Assembly: GCA_965234725.1 (NCBI GenBank)
Contig: CBDDUX010000027.1
Coordinates: 1 to 64,000 of the forward strand
DNA length: 64,000 nt
Reading direction: 5' to 3'
Origin: Thermoplasmatota archaeon
GTDB taxonomy: Archaea; Thermoplasmatota; Penumbrarchaeia; Penumbrarchaeales; Penumbrarchaeaceae
Every line of letters starts with the position of its first letter. Within the stretch, counting starts at the first letter, position 1. Position numbers and translations under genes: made by a program. This document shows positions 22,638-32,701 of this stretch, in pieces. A model generated the notes under the pieces. It did no database searches. It saw only the letters and a list, made by a program, of their open reading frames with translations, and was not told where the DNA came from.

Positions 22638-24173
22638 ATGAAAAAGAACGAAAGAGATAGAAAGCGTCTAGCTTGGAAGGTAATATTTGGTTGTTCTGCA
22701 ATAGGGATATTGTTGCTATTATCATTAATTCCATTTGAGATAATTGCAGTTCCACCGGGAAATGTGGATTCCGGCAATTATGTGGCAGACAATCATGACA
22801 CACATGTTGCATACTACAATTTCAATGATATTTATACTGATGAAGAAGAAGAATATGTTTGGGACGATTCTGGAAGAGATAAAAAAGGTTTCCTAAAAAA
22901 TGGAGTTAGTGCAACACCGGAGAAAGATGATAATATCGACGGTATTGATGCTGCTTTATCCTTTGATGGAATAGATCAATATGTTCATGTGGATAGCAGT
23001 GGAGATTTCAACATTAGCGGTCGGTATTTTGTGATTTCAGCTTTGATTAAAGCAGATACATGTAATAATCCTGAGTTGACTATATGTAGTAGGGGGGATT
23101 ATGGTAATACCGGTTTCATTTTTGGTCTTGAGTCTGGACTACTAACATTTAACGCATGGAATGTTGGACATTACTACATTAAGAATACCGGGGGAAATGA
23201 TCTTCGAGATGATGAGTGGCATTATGTTGCAGTAGAGTTTTTTCAGGGTACGGCACGATTGTATATTGATCCGTCTGCAGGTAGTTATGGTGAAGTTACA
23301 TCAGACAATTACAATTTATATCCCGGAAATAGCACAAATCCTTTTTATATTGGGAAAGGTCAAAGTAATAGTGGTTATTTTAAGGGAGATATAGATTTCG
23401 TTTATTTCTATGCTCTCGAGAGTCCTTCTTTCCCTCTTACCCCCTCTCGAGATAGGATGTGGGGCATGGAGAATGTTGGTTATTGGCCAATGGATGAAGG
23501 ATTGATAGAGAGTGTTCCTGAAGATCGGAATTTTATAAATGATATGGTAAGATCTGATTTCCATAGTTATGGTATCGCAGGTGACAACACAGGATTTGCC
23601 GGTTCAACTGGTTTCGGAAATAGTGCCCCTGGAACCCATTGTTTGCAGTTTGGTGGTTTGGGTAGCGGTGTAATGGTTGATGATGAAAATGATTATCTTG
23701 ATTTCGCCTGTGATCCAGAGGAGGATGATATCTATATTGAATTCTGGGTAATGATCGAAGATTCAGAAGGAGATATGATGTTAATAGAGAAGTGGGATTG
23801 GCTTGAAGAGGACTCTGCAAACGGGTATAGAATATACGTTGATTACGATGGATTAACAGAGACATATGATTTCAAGTTTGAACTTGCCTGTGATGCTATA
23901 ACAACACTTACATTATCAGGTTGTGATCCGAATTACTGGTACCATCTTTGGGCTTGGTCTGATGGAGGAACTGGAATTATGAATATGTATTATGATGCCC
24001 ATTTACATCTTTCAGACTCCAGTTCTACTACGAGTACTGATGGAATCGGAGAAACTGATAATAATCTATTTTTCGCAACAGGTCACCCTCATGATTATGA
24101 TGAGGATGAGGTTGACTGGGAGCTTGTTGGAAAAATGGATGATGTGGTCATCGGAAGATGTTATCCCGTTTGA
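22638..24173 (+). CDS. Secreted protein with two LamG/concanavalin-A-like domains
   Basis: Signal peptide; motifs VAYYNF, ALSFDGIDQYV, WHYVA, FYIGK...FKGDID; second copy GYWPMDEG...GKMDDV. Visibly lower GC than its neighbours. Confidence 0.8.
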   Translation: MKKNERDRKRLAWKVIFGCSAIGILLLLSLIPFEIIAVPPGNVDSGNYVADNHDTHVAYYNFNDIYTDEEEEYVWDDSGRDKKGFLKNGVSATPEKDDNIDGIDAALSFDGIDQYVHVDSSGDFNISGRYFVISALIKADTCNNPELTICSRGDYGNTGFIFGLESGLLTFNAWNVGHYYIKNTGGNDLRDDEWHYVAVEFFQGTARLYIDPSAGSYGEVTSDNYNLYPGNSTNPFYIGKGQSNSGYFKGDIDFVYFYALESPSFPLTPSRDRMWGMENVGYWPMDEGLIESVPEDRNFINDMVRSDFHSYGIAGDNTGFAGSTGFGNSAPGTHCLQFGGLGSGVMVDDENDYLDFACDPEEDDIYIEFWVMIEDSEGDMMLIEKWDWLEEDSANGYRIYVDYDGLTETYDFKFELACDAITTLTLSGCDPNYWYHLWAWSDGGTGIMNMYYDAHLHLSDSSSTTSTDGIGETDNNLFFATGHPHDYDEDEVDWELVGKMDDVVIGRCYPV

Positions 24174-24198
24174 ACTTTGTCTCAGAAATAGAACAAAA

Positions 24199-24236
24199 TG
24201 AATCCTCATTTTATAGAGGATTCAATTCTCTTTTTT
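24199..24236 (+). terminator. Hairpin plus T-tract after the LamG gene
   Basis: Perfect 9-bp inverted repeat TGAATCCTC/GAGGATTCA followed by a T run. Confidence 0.5.
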
Positions 24237-24355
24237 CATATAATGTATGTTATATGTTAATAATATGCCATATTATCTCATGCAATGAATAATATTATAT
24301 ATGTAATCTCATCATTATCTAAGTCAATATATAGGATAGGAAAGGAGAAGTCCAC

Positions 24356-27300
24356 ATGAAAAAGGTCACTATACCATTACTTGTTTTGCTCTGGATATTA
24401 TCCTTTAATAACTGTATTAATGGAAATGAGAATAGTAATATAGATAACTTAAAGGAGATTAATCTGGATTTTATAATAAATGGAGATACGATAATCGTTG
24501 ACCAAGGAGGTTCCGGTGATTATACACGGATCCAAGATGCGATAAATCATAGCAAAGATGGAGACACAATTCATGTCTTTTCCGGAAATTATACAGAGTT
24601 ATTGAATATAAATAGATCTATTACATTAATAGGAATCGGAGATCCTCTTCTCTATCATGTTGAGGAGGGTACAACTAATATAATAATCACATCAAATGAT
24701 GTAAATATAAAAAATATATCGATAGAAAATAAGAATGATGGGGAAAGTCCAAGATCGAATAATATTGTTATCGAAAGTTCAAATGTTCTTATTGAAAATA
24801 TTAATATACTTGGGGATAATGGGATAAAGTCTTTTAATCAAAAAGATACGACTATAACAAAATGCAATTTCAATTGTAGTGCCTATTCGATTCTATTTTC
24901 TAATTCAGAAGATATTTCAATCACACATAATACATTTTCTAATTATTTAGTTCTTAAAAGTGTCATTTACTTTATTACTTATGATTCAGGAGGTATATCA
25001 AGAGATATTTTTATTTCGAACAATACATTTTCTGGGAATTATCAACATTCATCATATTATCTTATAAGTAGAAATACTTTTGAAGATATATATAATTTAA
25101 CAATCGCAAATCATTTATTTTCTAATTGTAATAAACCTCTGAGTATTGGAGGTAATAATCTAAGTATCATAAATAATATTTTTTATCAATGTAATGAAGC
25201 ACTCGTTATTGGATCTGAAATATGTAATAATATCTTTAGAGATAATGTTGATTGTCGCATATCAGGTAGGAGTGAAACAAGATTCCATGATAATCTGTTT
25301 GAAAACAATACTGGTCAAATCGAAATTTCAGGGACAAGTCCTCGTTTATTCAACAATACGTTCAAGAATAACAAGGTAGGACTATATATCGAAGGTGAGG
25401 AGAGGGAATGTGTTGTTAATAATAATTTTTTCTACAGGAACACGGTGGGTGTATCCATGGTTGGTGCACCCAATGCCGTTGTTTGGGGGAACAGATTCAT
25501 TGATAATGATGTCCAGGCTCAATCTTCAAGCATATCCCACAGATGGTATGGAAGTTATCCAACAGGGGGCAATTACTGGTCGGATTATAATGGAGACAAG
25601 GATGTGAAGATGGGTCCTCAACAAATGGATTCGGGATCTGATGGTTTCGGAGATACACCATATGTATTGGGAAATGTCAGAGATATCTATCCGATTTTCA
25701 TTGATACCATAACTCCAGAAGCAGTAGCAGGACCTGATATGTCGATCGATCTCGGAGAAGCGTTTCACTTTGATGCGACCGATTCCACGGACGATCAGAT
25801 GGTAATAGATTTCAAGTGGTCCTTCGAATACGACGGAGAAGAAGTGGTGAGGGACCTTGCCGAGTTCGATTTCCAGTTTGATATCGCGGGAGTCTATGAT
25901 TCTGAACTGACAGTATCTGATTTCGCCGGAAATGAGGATACTGATTCATTCACTCTGACAGTGGAGGATAGGTCTCCTCCGGTGGTTGTAACACAGGGGA
26001 ACCTCACAGTTAACCAGGGAGAGCTTGCTTATTTCTCAGCCTTGGGTACAACCGACCTCTCTCCGATTTCCGAATACAAATGGACCTTCCAGCATGAAGG
26101 GAAAGAAGAAGTTTTGAAAGGACCGGATGTATCCTTCAGGTTCACTGAGGTTGGAGTACATGAGATACAGTTGAAGGTGACCGATTCGGAGGGGAATATT
26201 GGTTATTCCTATTTCTACGTCACTGTGATCGACACCGAGGATCCTGTTGCGGTTCCAGGACCTGACATCGAATTGGAAAACGGTGAGGTTGCCGATTTCT
26301 ACGGGTCAGGAAGCACAGACAACGATGTGATCGATGTATATTTCTGGACCTTCAAGTATGGAGGAAGGACCGAGACATTGACGGGAGAAACCACTTCGTT
26401 CCTCTTCAACATACCCGGATACTACACCGTTTCTTTGACTGTCACAGATGCGAATGAGAACTCTCATTCGTCAACTTTGCAGGTAACAGTTCTGGATACA
26501 ATCGATCCTGAAGCTGTAATTACGGGCAGGACCAAGCTTATGGAAGGAGATTCCCTTTCTCTTGACGGTCTCTCCTCAACTGACAACGGAAGGATTGTGA
26601 AGTATGTCTGGAACTTCACTGATGGAGAAGACAAGATAATCGAAGGTCCTTATCTCAACCACACTTTCGAGAGGCAGGGTTACATAGATGTCACATTGAC
26701 AGTATTTGACCAGTGGGATAATTCCAATTCCAAAGTTGTAACTGTTGAGGTCCCGGATACAGAGAGACCGAAGGCCTCTGCCGGAGATGATATGACCGTG
26801 AAGAAAGGCACTACCATCACTCTTGACGGATCCTCATCCACGGATAATGGAGGGATCTCATCTTTCAAATGGAAATTCGATTACAATGGAGAGGACCAGG
26901 TATTGGATGGAAAGATAGTCACCTTCACATTTGATAAAGCGGGTGAATACGAGATAGAATTGACAGTAACAGATCATTTCCTGAACAGAGGAACAGACAA
27001 GATCACGATCAAGGTCTTGGACAACGGAACATTAAGTGGAATCGTCCAGGATGGAGATGGGAAGCCGATACAAGGAGCTAAGGTTACTGTAACCGATTCC
27101 GATGGGAATGAATACACGGTAATCACAGGGACAGATGGTTCCTTCTTGGTTTCAGTACCAGAAGGACAGGTTACCTGGAAGATAGAAAAGAGCGGTTACC
27201 GATCATTGGAAGGGGCCTCAAGTATCGAGATAATGGAGGATACCGAGCTTTCAAGCTCCGATACAATGATGAAGAGATCCGAAAGTGATGGAGGGTCTCC

Positions 27301-27466
27301 GATCATCCCTATAATCGTTGCATTACTTGCTGTTATTATTCTTGCGGGAGCTATAATTGGATTTATCGTAGTTAAAAAGGGGTCTGGGAAGGAAAAAACC
27401 GTTGATCCCGTTGAGGAACAATCCATGGTGGAACCGGAAAATGAATTCGATGTCAATGATATCTGA
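24356..27466 (+). CDS. Surface protein: NosD/pectin-lyase-like beta-helix, about five PKD domains, carboxypeptidase-regulatory-like domain, TM anchor
   Basis: GDYTRIQDAI, N-rich beta-helix repeats, GGNYWSDY, repeated P.A.AG.D...S.S.D....Y.W.F...G.Y...LTVTD, and a C-terminal TM. Confidence 0.88.
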   Translation: MKKVTIPLLVLLWILSFNNCINGNENSNIDNLKEINLDFIINGDTIIVDQGGSGDYTRIQDAINHSKDGDTIHVFSGNYTELLNINRSITLIGIGDPLLYHVEEGTTNIIITSNDVNIKNISIENKNDGESPRSNNIVIESSNVLIENINILGDNGIKSFNQKDTTITKCNFNCSAYSILFSNSEDISITHNTFSNYLVLKSVIYFITYDSGGISRDIFISNNTFSGNYQHSSYYLISRNTFEDIYNLTIANHLFSNCNKPLSIGGNNLSIINNIFYQCNEALVIGSEICNNIFRDNVDCRISGRSETRFHDNLFENNTGQIEISGTSPRLFNNTFKNNKVGLYIEGEERECVVNNNFFYRNTVGVSMVGAPNAVVWGNRFIDNDVQAQSSSISHRWYGSYPTGGNYWSDYNGDKDVKMGPQQMDSGSDGFGDTPYVLGNVRDIYPIFIDTITPEAVAGPDMSIDLGEAFHFDATDSTDDQMVIDFKWSFEYDGEEVVRDLAEFDFQFDIAGVYDSELTVSDFAGNEDTDSFTLTVEDRSPPVVVTQGNLTVNQGELAYFSALGTTDLSPISEYKWTFQHEGKEEVLKGPDVSFRFTEVGVHEIQLKVTDSEGNIGYSYFYVTVIDTEDPVAVPGPDIELENGEVADFYGSGSTDNDVIDVYFWTFKYGGRTETLTGETTSFLFNIPGYYTVSLTVTDANENSHSSTLQVTVLDTIDPEAVITGRTKLMEGDSLSLDGLSSTDNGRIVKYVWNFTDGEDKIIEGPYLNHTFERQGYIDVTLTVFDQWDNSNSKVVTVEVPDTERPKASAGDDMTVKKGTTITLDGSSSTDNGGISSFKWKFDYNGEDQVLDGKIVTFTFDKAGEYEIELTVTDHFLNRGTDKITIKVLDNGTLSGIVQDGDGKPIQGAKVTVTDSDGNEYTVITGTDGSFLVSVPEGQVTWKIEKSGYRSLEGASSIEIMEDTELSSSDTMMKRSESDGGSPIIPIIVALLAVIILAGAIIGFIVVKKGSGKEKTVDPVEEQSMVEPENEFDVNDI

Positions 27467-27474
27467 GTTCTGGA

Positions 27475-27852
27475 CTATCCAATAGTATCCAAAGTCGATC
27501 TGTTGATCTCGAGTATATCATCTCTTGAGATGCCAACCATCTTCATGAACCTTGACCAGGTTTCATCGGTCCAGTAATCGGATAACAATGGATCTCTCCC
27601 CAAGCGGGAGATAAAATGACTGGCCATGTCCTTCCCTTCGGTACCTTCAATGGACCTGACCTGGAAAATGGACCTGTATGTGGAAGGTCCGATGAAATGA
27701 CCTATTAATTGGAACACTTCCACACCATCTCTGGATATTGCTATTTCCCAGGGGAATGGTGGGTCTGCTCTTCGGACCTTCATGGAAAGTCCTGCTTCTT
27801 TGTAAATATCAAGGACTATTTGACCAACCTCTGTAAGATTGATCCTGTCCAA
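27475..27852 (-). CDS. Hypothetical protein
   Basis: 125-aa ORF filling the gap downstream of nadE; no recognisable motif. Confidence 0.5.
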   Translation of the reverse strand: MDRINLTEVGQIVLDIYKEAGLSMKVRRADPPFPWEIAISRDGVEVFQLIGHFIGPSTYRSIFQVRSIEGTEGKDMASHFISRLGRDPLLSDYWTDETWSRFMKMVGISRDDILEINRSTLDTIG

Positions 27853-27957
27853 CCCGTTCTTGGGATCGGATATCGTTCCTTTTCGGAGGGAAGCGTAAGA
27901 TACGACCGGTCTTACATGGAGAGGTATGACCCAAAGGTCCAGGGTCCCGGTCAGGGT

Positions 27958-28809
27958 TCACCACCTCTCTCTGAGGTCAACCCCCACCGTATTCGATTGC
28001 AATTTTGGAATGGCTAGACTTTGTCTCTTATGGATGGAACCTCTGAGCTGATCTCTGATACGTCTGACAATATCCCTATCCACGGGTGGTTTGAAGTTGG
28101 CCCTTGCCAAATCCTCTTCCTTTGCAAGGTCATTATCAATGCTTTCTAAGATCATATCATCAGAAAGTCCCATTAGCAGACCACTCAGGACCTGGTCGAG
28201 CAGTGGATACGGAATGCCCATCTCTCCTTCATCTGTCTGGTCCTTGATCAGACCGGCACTTGGAGGTCTTTCCAGGATCCTAGCTGGTACTCCCAGATCT
28301 TCAGAGAGAGCCCTTACCTGTGTCTTGAAAAGATCTCCTATGGGATAGATATCTGCTGCTCCATCCCCGTATTTGGTGAAATATCCCATCAGAAGCTCGC
28401 TTTTGTTCGAGGTCCCTACGACCAGACCGTTGTTGTTATTGGCATAGGTATAGAGGATCAACATCCTGGCCCTTGCCATGAGATTGCCCTTTGCCATCCC
28501 AACAGATTCCAGAGGGACAGAGGATACTATGTCGGTAATATCGATCTCTTCCATTTTAACACCGCAGGAATGTGAGGCCATCACCGCATAATCCCTGTCG
28601 GGGCCGGAAAGTGAGCCGTATGGTAGGAAGAATGCTTTGATCCTTTCCGGTCCAATGGACCTTTTCAAGAGTTCGAGGACAAGGGATGAATCAAGCCCTC
28701 CTGATAGGCCTATGACTGCATACTTGGCCCCGGCCTGTTCAAATTTGGACTCGATGAACTGGAGGATCATCTTTTCCGTGTAAGGGATCTCTTTCGGGAC
28801 GAGCTTCAA
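27958..28809 (-). CDS. nadE: NH3-dependent NAD+ synthetase
   Basis: Motifs IGLSGGLDSS, GNLMARARM, GTSNKSE..GYFTKYGDG, DLFKTQV and PPSAGL...QTDE. Start TTG 28809 or GTG 28818. Confidence 0.95.
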   Translation of the reverse strand: MKLVPKEIPYTEKMILQFIESKFEQAGAKYAVIGLSGGLDSSLVLELLKRSIGPERIKAFFLPYGSLSGPDRDYAVMASHSCGVKMEEIDITDIVSSVPLESVGMAKGNLMARARMLILYTYANNNNGLVVGTSNKSELLMGYFTKYGDGAADIYPIGDLFKTQVRALSEDLGVPARILERPPSAGLIKDQTDEGEMGIPYPLLDQVLSGLLMGLSDDMILESIDNDLAKEEDLARANFKPPVDRDIVRRIRDQLRGSIHKRQSLAIPKLQSNTVGVDLRERW

Positions 28810-28967
28810 AATACCCACCCGTTGCTGGAATGCCCTTTTAATATGAAAAATCATCTGATATCCTTCAATACTCCAATTCTCGGATTTATCGGAACATGGA
28901 AAAAGAATAATATTAACAAAAACCCTTAAGAGTGGATAATCATCAACATAGGATGAGAATTGCATGC

Positions 28968-29107
28968 GGGTTTTTTCGTAAGTCTCTCTCGTCAATTCGA
29001 TGAAGGGACGAGACTTCGAAACCCAGCAAAACAGAGCGTCGATTTAACATCTCTGCTTTGCGGGTGTATGAAAATCAGAGGTTCTATATTTGATCAATTT
29101 TCATACA
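28968..29107 (+). promoter_or_regulatory. Three tandem hairpins upstream of the half-TBP gene (structured leader or sRNA candidate)
   Basis: Stems AAGTCTC/GAGACTT, GCAAA..CAGAG/CTCTG..TTTGC and a perfect 11-bp TGTATGAAAAT/ATTTTCATACA. Confidence 0.45.
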
Positions 29108-29149
29108 AAAGTAGATTATAGTCGAATCACCATTCAAGCAGGGATAGGC

Positions 29150-29506
29150 GTGACCAGCTACACGATCGACAATATTATCGCATCCACAAATCTGAACACC
29201 AAGCTCAGACTGAAGGAGATCTCCGAGAAACTGGACAACACCGAATATAATCCCGATAACTATCCAGGTGTCATCTGGAGGCCAAAGAACAGTCTCGGAG
29301 TTGTTGTCATCATGGAAGATGGCAGAATAATGTGTACCAATGTCCGTTCGGTTGAAGATGTTGAGAAGATCTTCGAGACCCTGATCAAGAGGATGGAAGA
29401 ACTGGCACTTATCACACCAAGATTGGCCTGTCCCAAATGCGGAGCCGTAGTGGATTCCGAGGACGTTGTCTGTATCGAGTGTGGATATCTGCTCCAGGGC
29501 GGATGA
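29150..29506 (+). CDS. Single-repeat TATA-binding-protein (TBP) domain fused to a C-terminal zinc ribbon
   Basis: IDNIIAS.NL...L.L..I...L.NTEYNPDNYPGVIWR......VVIM.DGRIMCT matches one TBP repeat, followed by CPKCG...CIECG. GTG start at 29150. Confidence 0.8.
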   Translation: MTSYTIDNIIASTNLNTKLRLKEISEKLDNTEYNPDNYPGVIWRPKNSLGVVVIMEDGRIMCTNVRSVEDVEKIFETLIKRMEELALITPRLACPKCGAVVDSEDVVCIECGYLLQGG

Positions 29507-29736
29507 ATATGAGAGAACCAAATGTGATAATGGCAAGCATAGGGGATGATCCCCTGACAGAACTTATGGAATTGGATTCAATATATTGCTGGTCCAGAAG
29601 GATCCATTCCCTCACCTCATTGTTCCAGAAGAAAAAGAAGTCCATCGCACCTTATGTTCTCCTTTTTTTGATCATGATCGCAGGTGCGGTCTCCATCGGA
29701 GCAGCCATTGCTCTGGCCTATATTTCATTGTCCTGA
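29503..29736 (+). CDS. Small protein with a C-terminal TM helix
   Basis: ATG overlaps the half-TBP stop (ATGA). KKKK is followed by a hydrophobic segment. Confidence 0.5.
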   Translation: MNMREPNVIMASIGDDPLTELMELDSIYCWSRRIHSLTSLFQKKKKSIAPYVLLFLIMIAGAVSIGAAIALAYISLS

Positions 29737-31068
29737 TTACGGGATATCGATTATTGACCTTGCTGCCCTGGATACATCTTCTCGATGCCCTTCTGGGCAT
29801 GATATCATCATACACCAGGGGATCGGTGCTCTTCTCTGCAATGCCCTGGCAAGGGATGATATTGTTGACAGGACAGTTGGTCTGTCGCCCAGTACCTTGA
29901 TATCGGTCCGTTTCAACCTCGGTTCCGAAAGGGTCAGGCTGGGATCCGGGACGTCAACTATAACCTGTCCAGAGGGAACCTTTGCCTTCCTCTCTAACTC
30001 ATCTTCCAGTCTCTTTCTCTCTCTGTCCTTGGTTAAGGACCTGATTATCTCCCTGGTCCTTATGGAATCTTCATTATCCCATGAAATGGTCTCCGATTCC
30101 ACCCTGAAAGCCGATTTATATAATCTTCTCAATCTCAGACGAGATGCCAGGTCACCGGCTTTACCACCCTGGTCCTTCATGAATCGCAATATCTCTCCGT
30201 CGGACATCTTCCATACGGTTTTCAAGGCTTCATCTGACAGCGCATCCCCAGCTCTACATAACATGGACTCAGCGATCCTGGCGGTCTTGTGAAAGTAGAC
30301 TGAGCTGTACATCAATGATCTAGCCACAAGCATGCCTTCAAGGGCGGATATACCCCTCCTCTCTATCATGAACTCACCATGGTAGAGAGTGGATGTGTTG
30401 ACTATCCTGTCAAGGTCCACTATACCGTAGGCAACACCTGTGTAGTGCGAATCCCTTAGAAGAAAATCCAGCTGGTCCGAATCAAGAGCAGAGTGGATGA
30501 TCTGGTAGAGGTAGTCCGAACCCGAAAAGAATGCCTGCCCATCCTGGACCTCGAACTTTTCAAGGTCCCCATCATTATGATTGCCATCCTGGCAAATAAG
30601 GGAGGAAACCTCCTTTGGGTCCATGCAGTGGGATTCCAGTATCTCCGGGATGGAAGGTCCCCTTTCCACAGTGTCGGACCAATCCGAGGTCCAATCGTCC
30701 GAGGATCCCATTATAATGTCCCTGGTCAGGGCCATGTGCTCTTTACCCAATCTATCATGGAAGACCTTCTCCATGGTATGGGAGAATGGTCCGTGTCCCA
30801 GATCATGTAGAAGGCCAGCGGTCTGGACAAGCTTAACCTCTTCAGGGTCGATACCGATGGCCTCCCCCAGGAGTCCGGCGACATGCGAGACCCCAAGGGA
30901 ATGTTCGAATCGTGTATGGTGGGCTCCGGGAAATACCAGGTAGGCTAGACCCAGCTGCCTGATCTGGTTCAATCTGTTGAATTCAGGAGTTGTGGCCAGG
31001 TCCCTCAAAGGCCCCCAGAGCTTGATCGTTCCGTGGACAGGATCGTTGATGATCTTGAAATCTCCCAT
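29737..31068 (-). CDS. HD-superfamily phosphohydrolase (SAMHD1/dNTPase-like)
   Basis: Motifs INDPVHG, RL.QIRQLG, FPGAHHTRFEHSLG, LLHDLGHGPFSH, LDSDQLDFLLRD and VYFHKT. Confidence 0.92.
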   Translation of the reverse strand: MGDFKIINDPVHGTIKLWGPLRDLATTPEFNRLNQIRQLGLAYLVFPGAHHTRFEHSLGVSHVAGLLGEAIGIDPEEVKLVQTAGLLHDLGHGPFSHTMEKVFHDRLGKEHMALTRDIIMGSSDDWTSDWSDTVERGPSIPEILESHCMDPKEVSSLICQDGNHNDGDLEKFEVQDGQAFFSGSDYLYQIIHSALDSDQLDFLLRDSHYTGVAYGIVDLDRIVNTSTLYHGEFMIERRGISALEGMLVARSLMYSSVYFHKTARIAESMLCRAGDALSDEALKTVWKMSDGEILRFMKDQGGKAGDLASRLRLRRLYKSAFRVESETISWDNEDSIRTREIIRSLTKDRERKRLEDELERKAKVPSGQVIVDVPDPSLTLSEPRLKRTDIKVLGDRPTVLSTISSLARALQRRAPIPWCMMISCPEGHREDVSRAARSIIDIP

Positions 31069-31200
31069 CTGTCGGGTGTATGCTTCATGGAGTGAAAAAC
31101 CTTTCATCAAACCGATCTTTTGATCTGAGATCACATCAATGGATCTTGACCAAGTAAGACAATTTGTTTCCCTCGAAGCAAAACGATTATCAGAGACCGG

Positions 31201-32106
31201 ATGGATTACCTCACCATGATGGAACTCACAGGTGAGGAGATGGAGCTTCTCAGGTCCTATCTCTGGCAGGATTCAGGTGGTGGAGACCTGACCTCTCAAC
31301 TATTCTCTCAAGAATACGGTTCTGCTGTCATCATTACAGAAGATGATTGCATATTATCAGGCCTTGAAGCTGCCATTTTTCTATTCGAGGAGGAAGGGTG
31401 CACTATCGAGGAACTGGAAGATGTTTTCAACGAGGGGCTTAGCAAAGCCGGGTCAGAGATATTGAAGATATCAGGTCCTGTCCCTGGGTTGCTTAAAGCC
31501 GAAAGGGTTGCCCTCAACGTGATATCCAGAATGTCGGGTATAGCAACCCTGGCAAGAAGCGCTTCAATGAAAGCAGAAGAAACATCACCCGGGACCAGAG
31601 TGGCAGGGACCAGAAAGACAACACCAGGGTTCCAGATATTCGAAAAACGAGCTCTGATGGATGGTGGGGCCCTCCCACACAGGAGGGACCTATCATCTCT
31701 TGCCATGCTGAAGGACAATCACATTTCCGCACTCGGAGGAGGTCCGGAAGCTGTCAAAGAGGGAGTCAGTCAGATAAGAGACCTCTACGGGCCCTATATC
31801 TTGATCGAAGTGGAAGCTGAAGATATCGAAACCGCCCTTTCCGGTTTGGAGTCTGGAGCCGATATCATCATGTTTGACAACATGTCCCCGGATGAAATAA
31901 AGAAAGCATCCAAAACTGCCAGGGAAGCTGCAAAGAAGCTTGGAAAGGGGATAACCCTGGAAGCATCCGGAGGGATCAGGATCGATGACATCCCTGATTA
32001 TGCCCCCTGGGTAGATGTGATATCCATGGGGTCTTTGACATATGGGGCTCCCATGAAGAGCTTTAAAATGGAATACTTAGGTCCTTACGATCCCGATAAT
32101 AAATGA
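31201..32106 (+). CDS. nadC: Nicotinate-nucleotide pyrophosphorylase (quinolinate phosphoribosyltransferase)
   Basis: Motifs GDLTS, AERVALN, GTRKTTPG, HRRDLS..MLKDNH, IEVE, IMFDN and EASGGI. Confidence 0.93.
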   Translation: MDYLTMMELTGEEMELLRSYLWQDSGGGDLTSQLFSQEYGSAVIITEDDCILSGLEAAIFLFEEEGCTIEELEDVFNEGLSKAGSEILKISGPVPGLLKAERVALNVISRMSGIATLARSASMKAEETSPGTRVAGTRKTTPGFQIFEKRALMDGGALPHRRDLSSLAMLKDNHISALGGGPEAVKEGVSQIRDLYGPYILIEVEAEDIETALSGLESGADIIMFDNMSPDEIKKASKTAREAAKKLGKGITLEASGGIRIDDIPDYAPWVDVISMGSLTYGAPMKSFKMEYLGPYDPDNK

Positions 32107-32205
32107 TCCCCATATATATTGAGATAAATTGGAACAGAAAGACAGATCCAGGGAAATTGAATTTCAACCCTTCTCCTTAGGAATATTTAGGTAAAAATTC
32201 CCTGT

Positions 32206-32601
32206 TTGGATTGGAAACCCCAAATAGACTCTGTCAGATCCTTAACTGGTGATGTGATGTGCCAGGAAGGAGAAGGGAATATCAAGGTCCGGAGGGTCGG
32301 GGAGATGTTCATGTCCCTTGAACTCTTCAATATTTACATCGATGGAAGGTCATGCGGAAGGATCCTTTCAGGGGATGAGAAGGTCTACAAAGTTAAGACA
32401 GGTAGACATCGTATCAGGATACAGATGGAATCTCCATTCTTAGGGTCCTTTCCCAGTAATACAATAGTAATTGATGTGGAAGAGAAAAAGACAGTTGTGT
32501 TGGAGTGTGGCAGCACCTATAAGGGTGCCAGGGTCCTTGTCTCCAGATTCTATCTTTTCAACAGGAACAATACCTTTTATATCAGACAGGCCGAGATCTG
32601 A
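32206..32601 (+). CDS. Hypothetical small beta-sandwich protein
   Basis: FNIYIDG...G.H.I.I pattern. The true start is probably a little downstream. Confidence 0.5.
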   Translation: MDWKPQIDSVRSLTGDVMCQEGEGNIKVRRVGEMFMSLELFNIYIDGRSCGRILSGDEKVYKVKTGRHRIRIQMESPFLGSFPSNTIVIDVEEKKTVVLECGSTYKGARVLVSRFYLFNRNNTFYIRQAEI

Positions 32602-32701
32602 AAGACAATCCCATCAGACCGCCTTTACAATATTACCAATCACAAAACCCTTTTAATGATAGCGTATATCCGCATCATCCTTTCACCCGGGTGATGCGAA
32701 A

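Noticed and set aside
28810-28995. N-terminal extension of nadE in the ORF track (similar extensions on pcm, the MTase, the wHTH, the HD protein and the aminotransferase)
   Set aside because: The extensions precede the family N-terminus and overlap promoter/SD signals, so starts were moved downstream.
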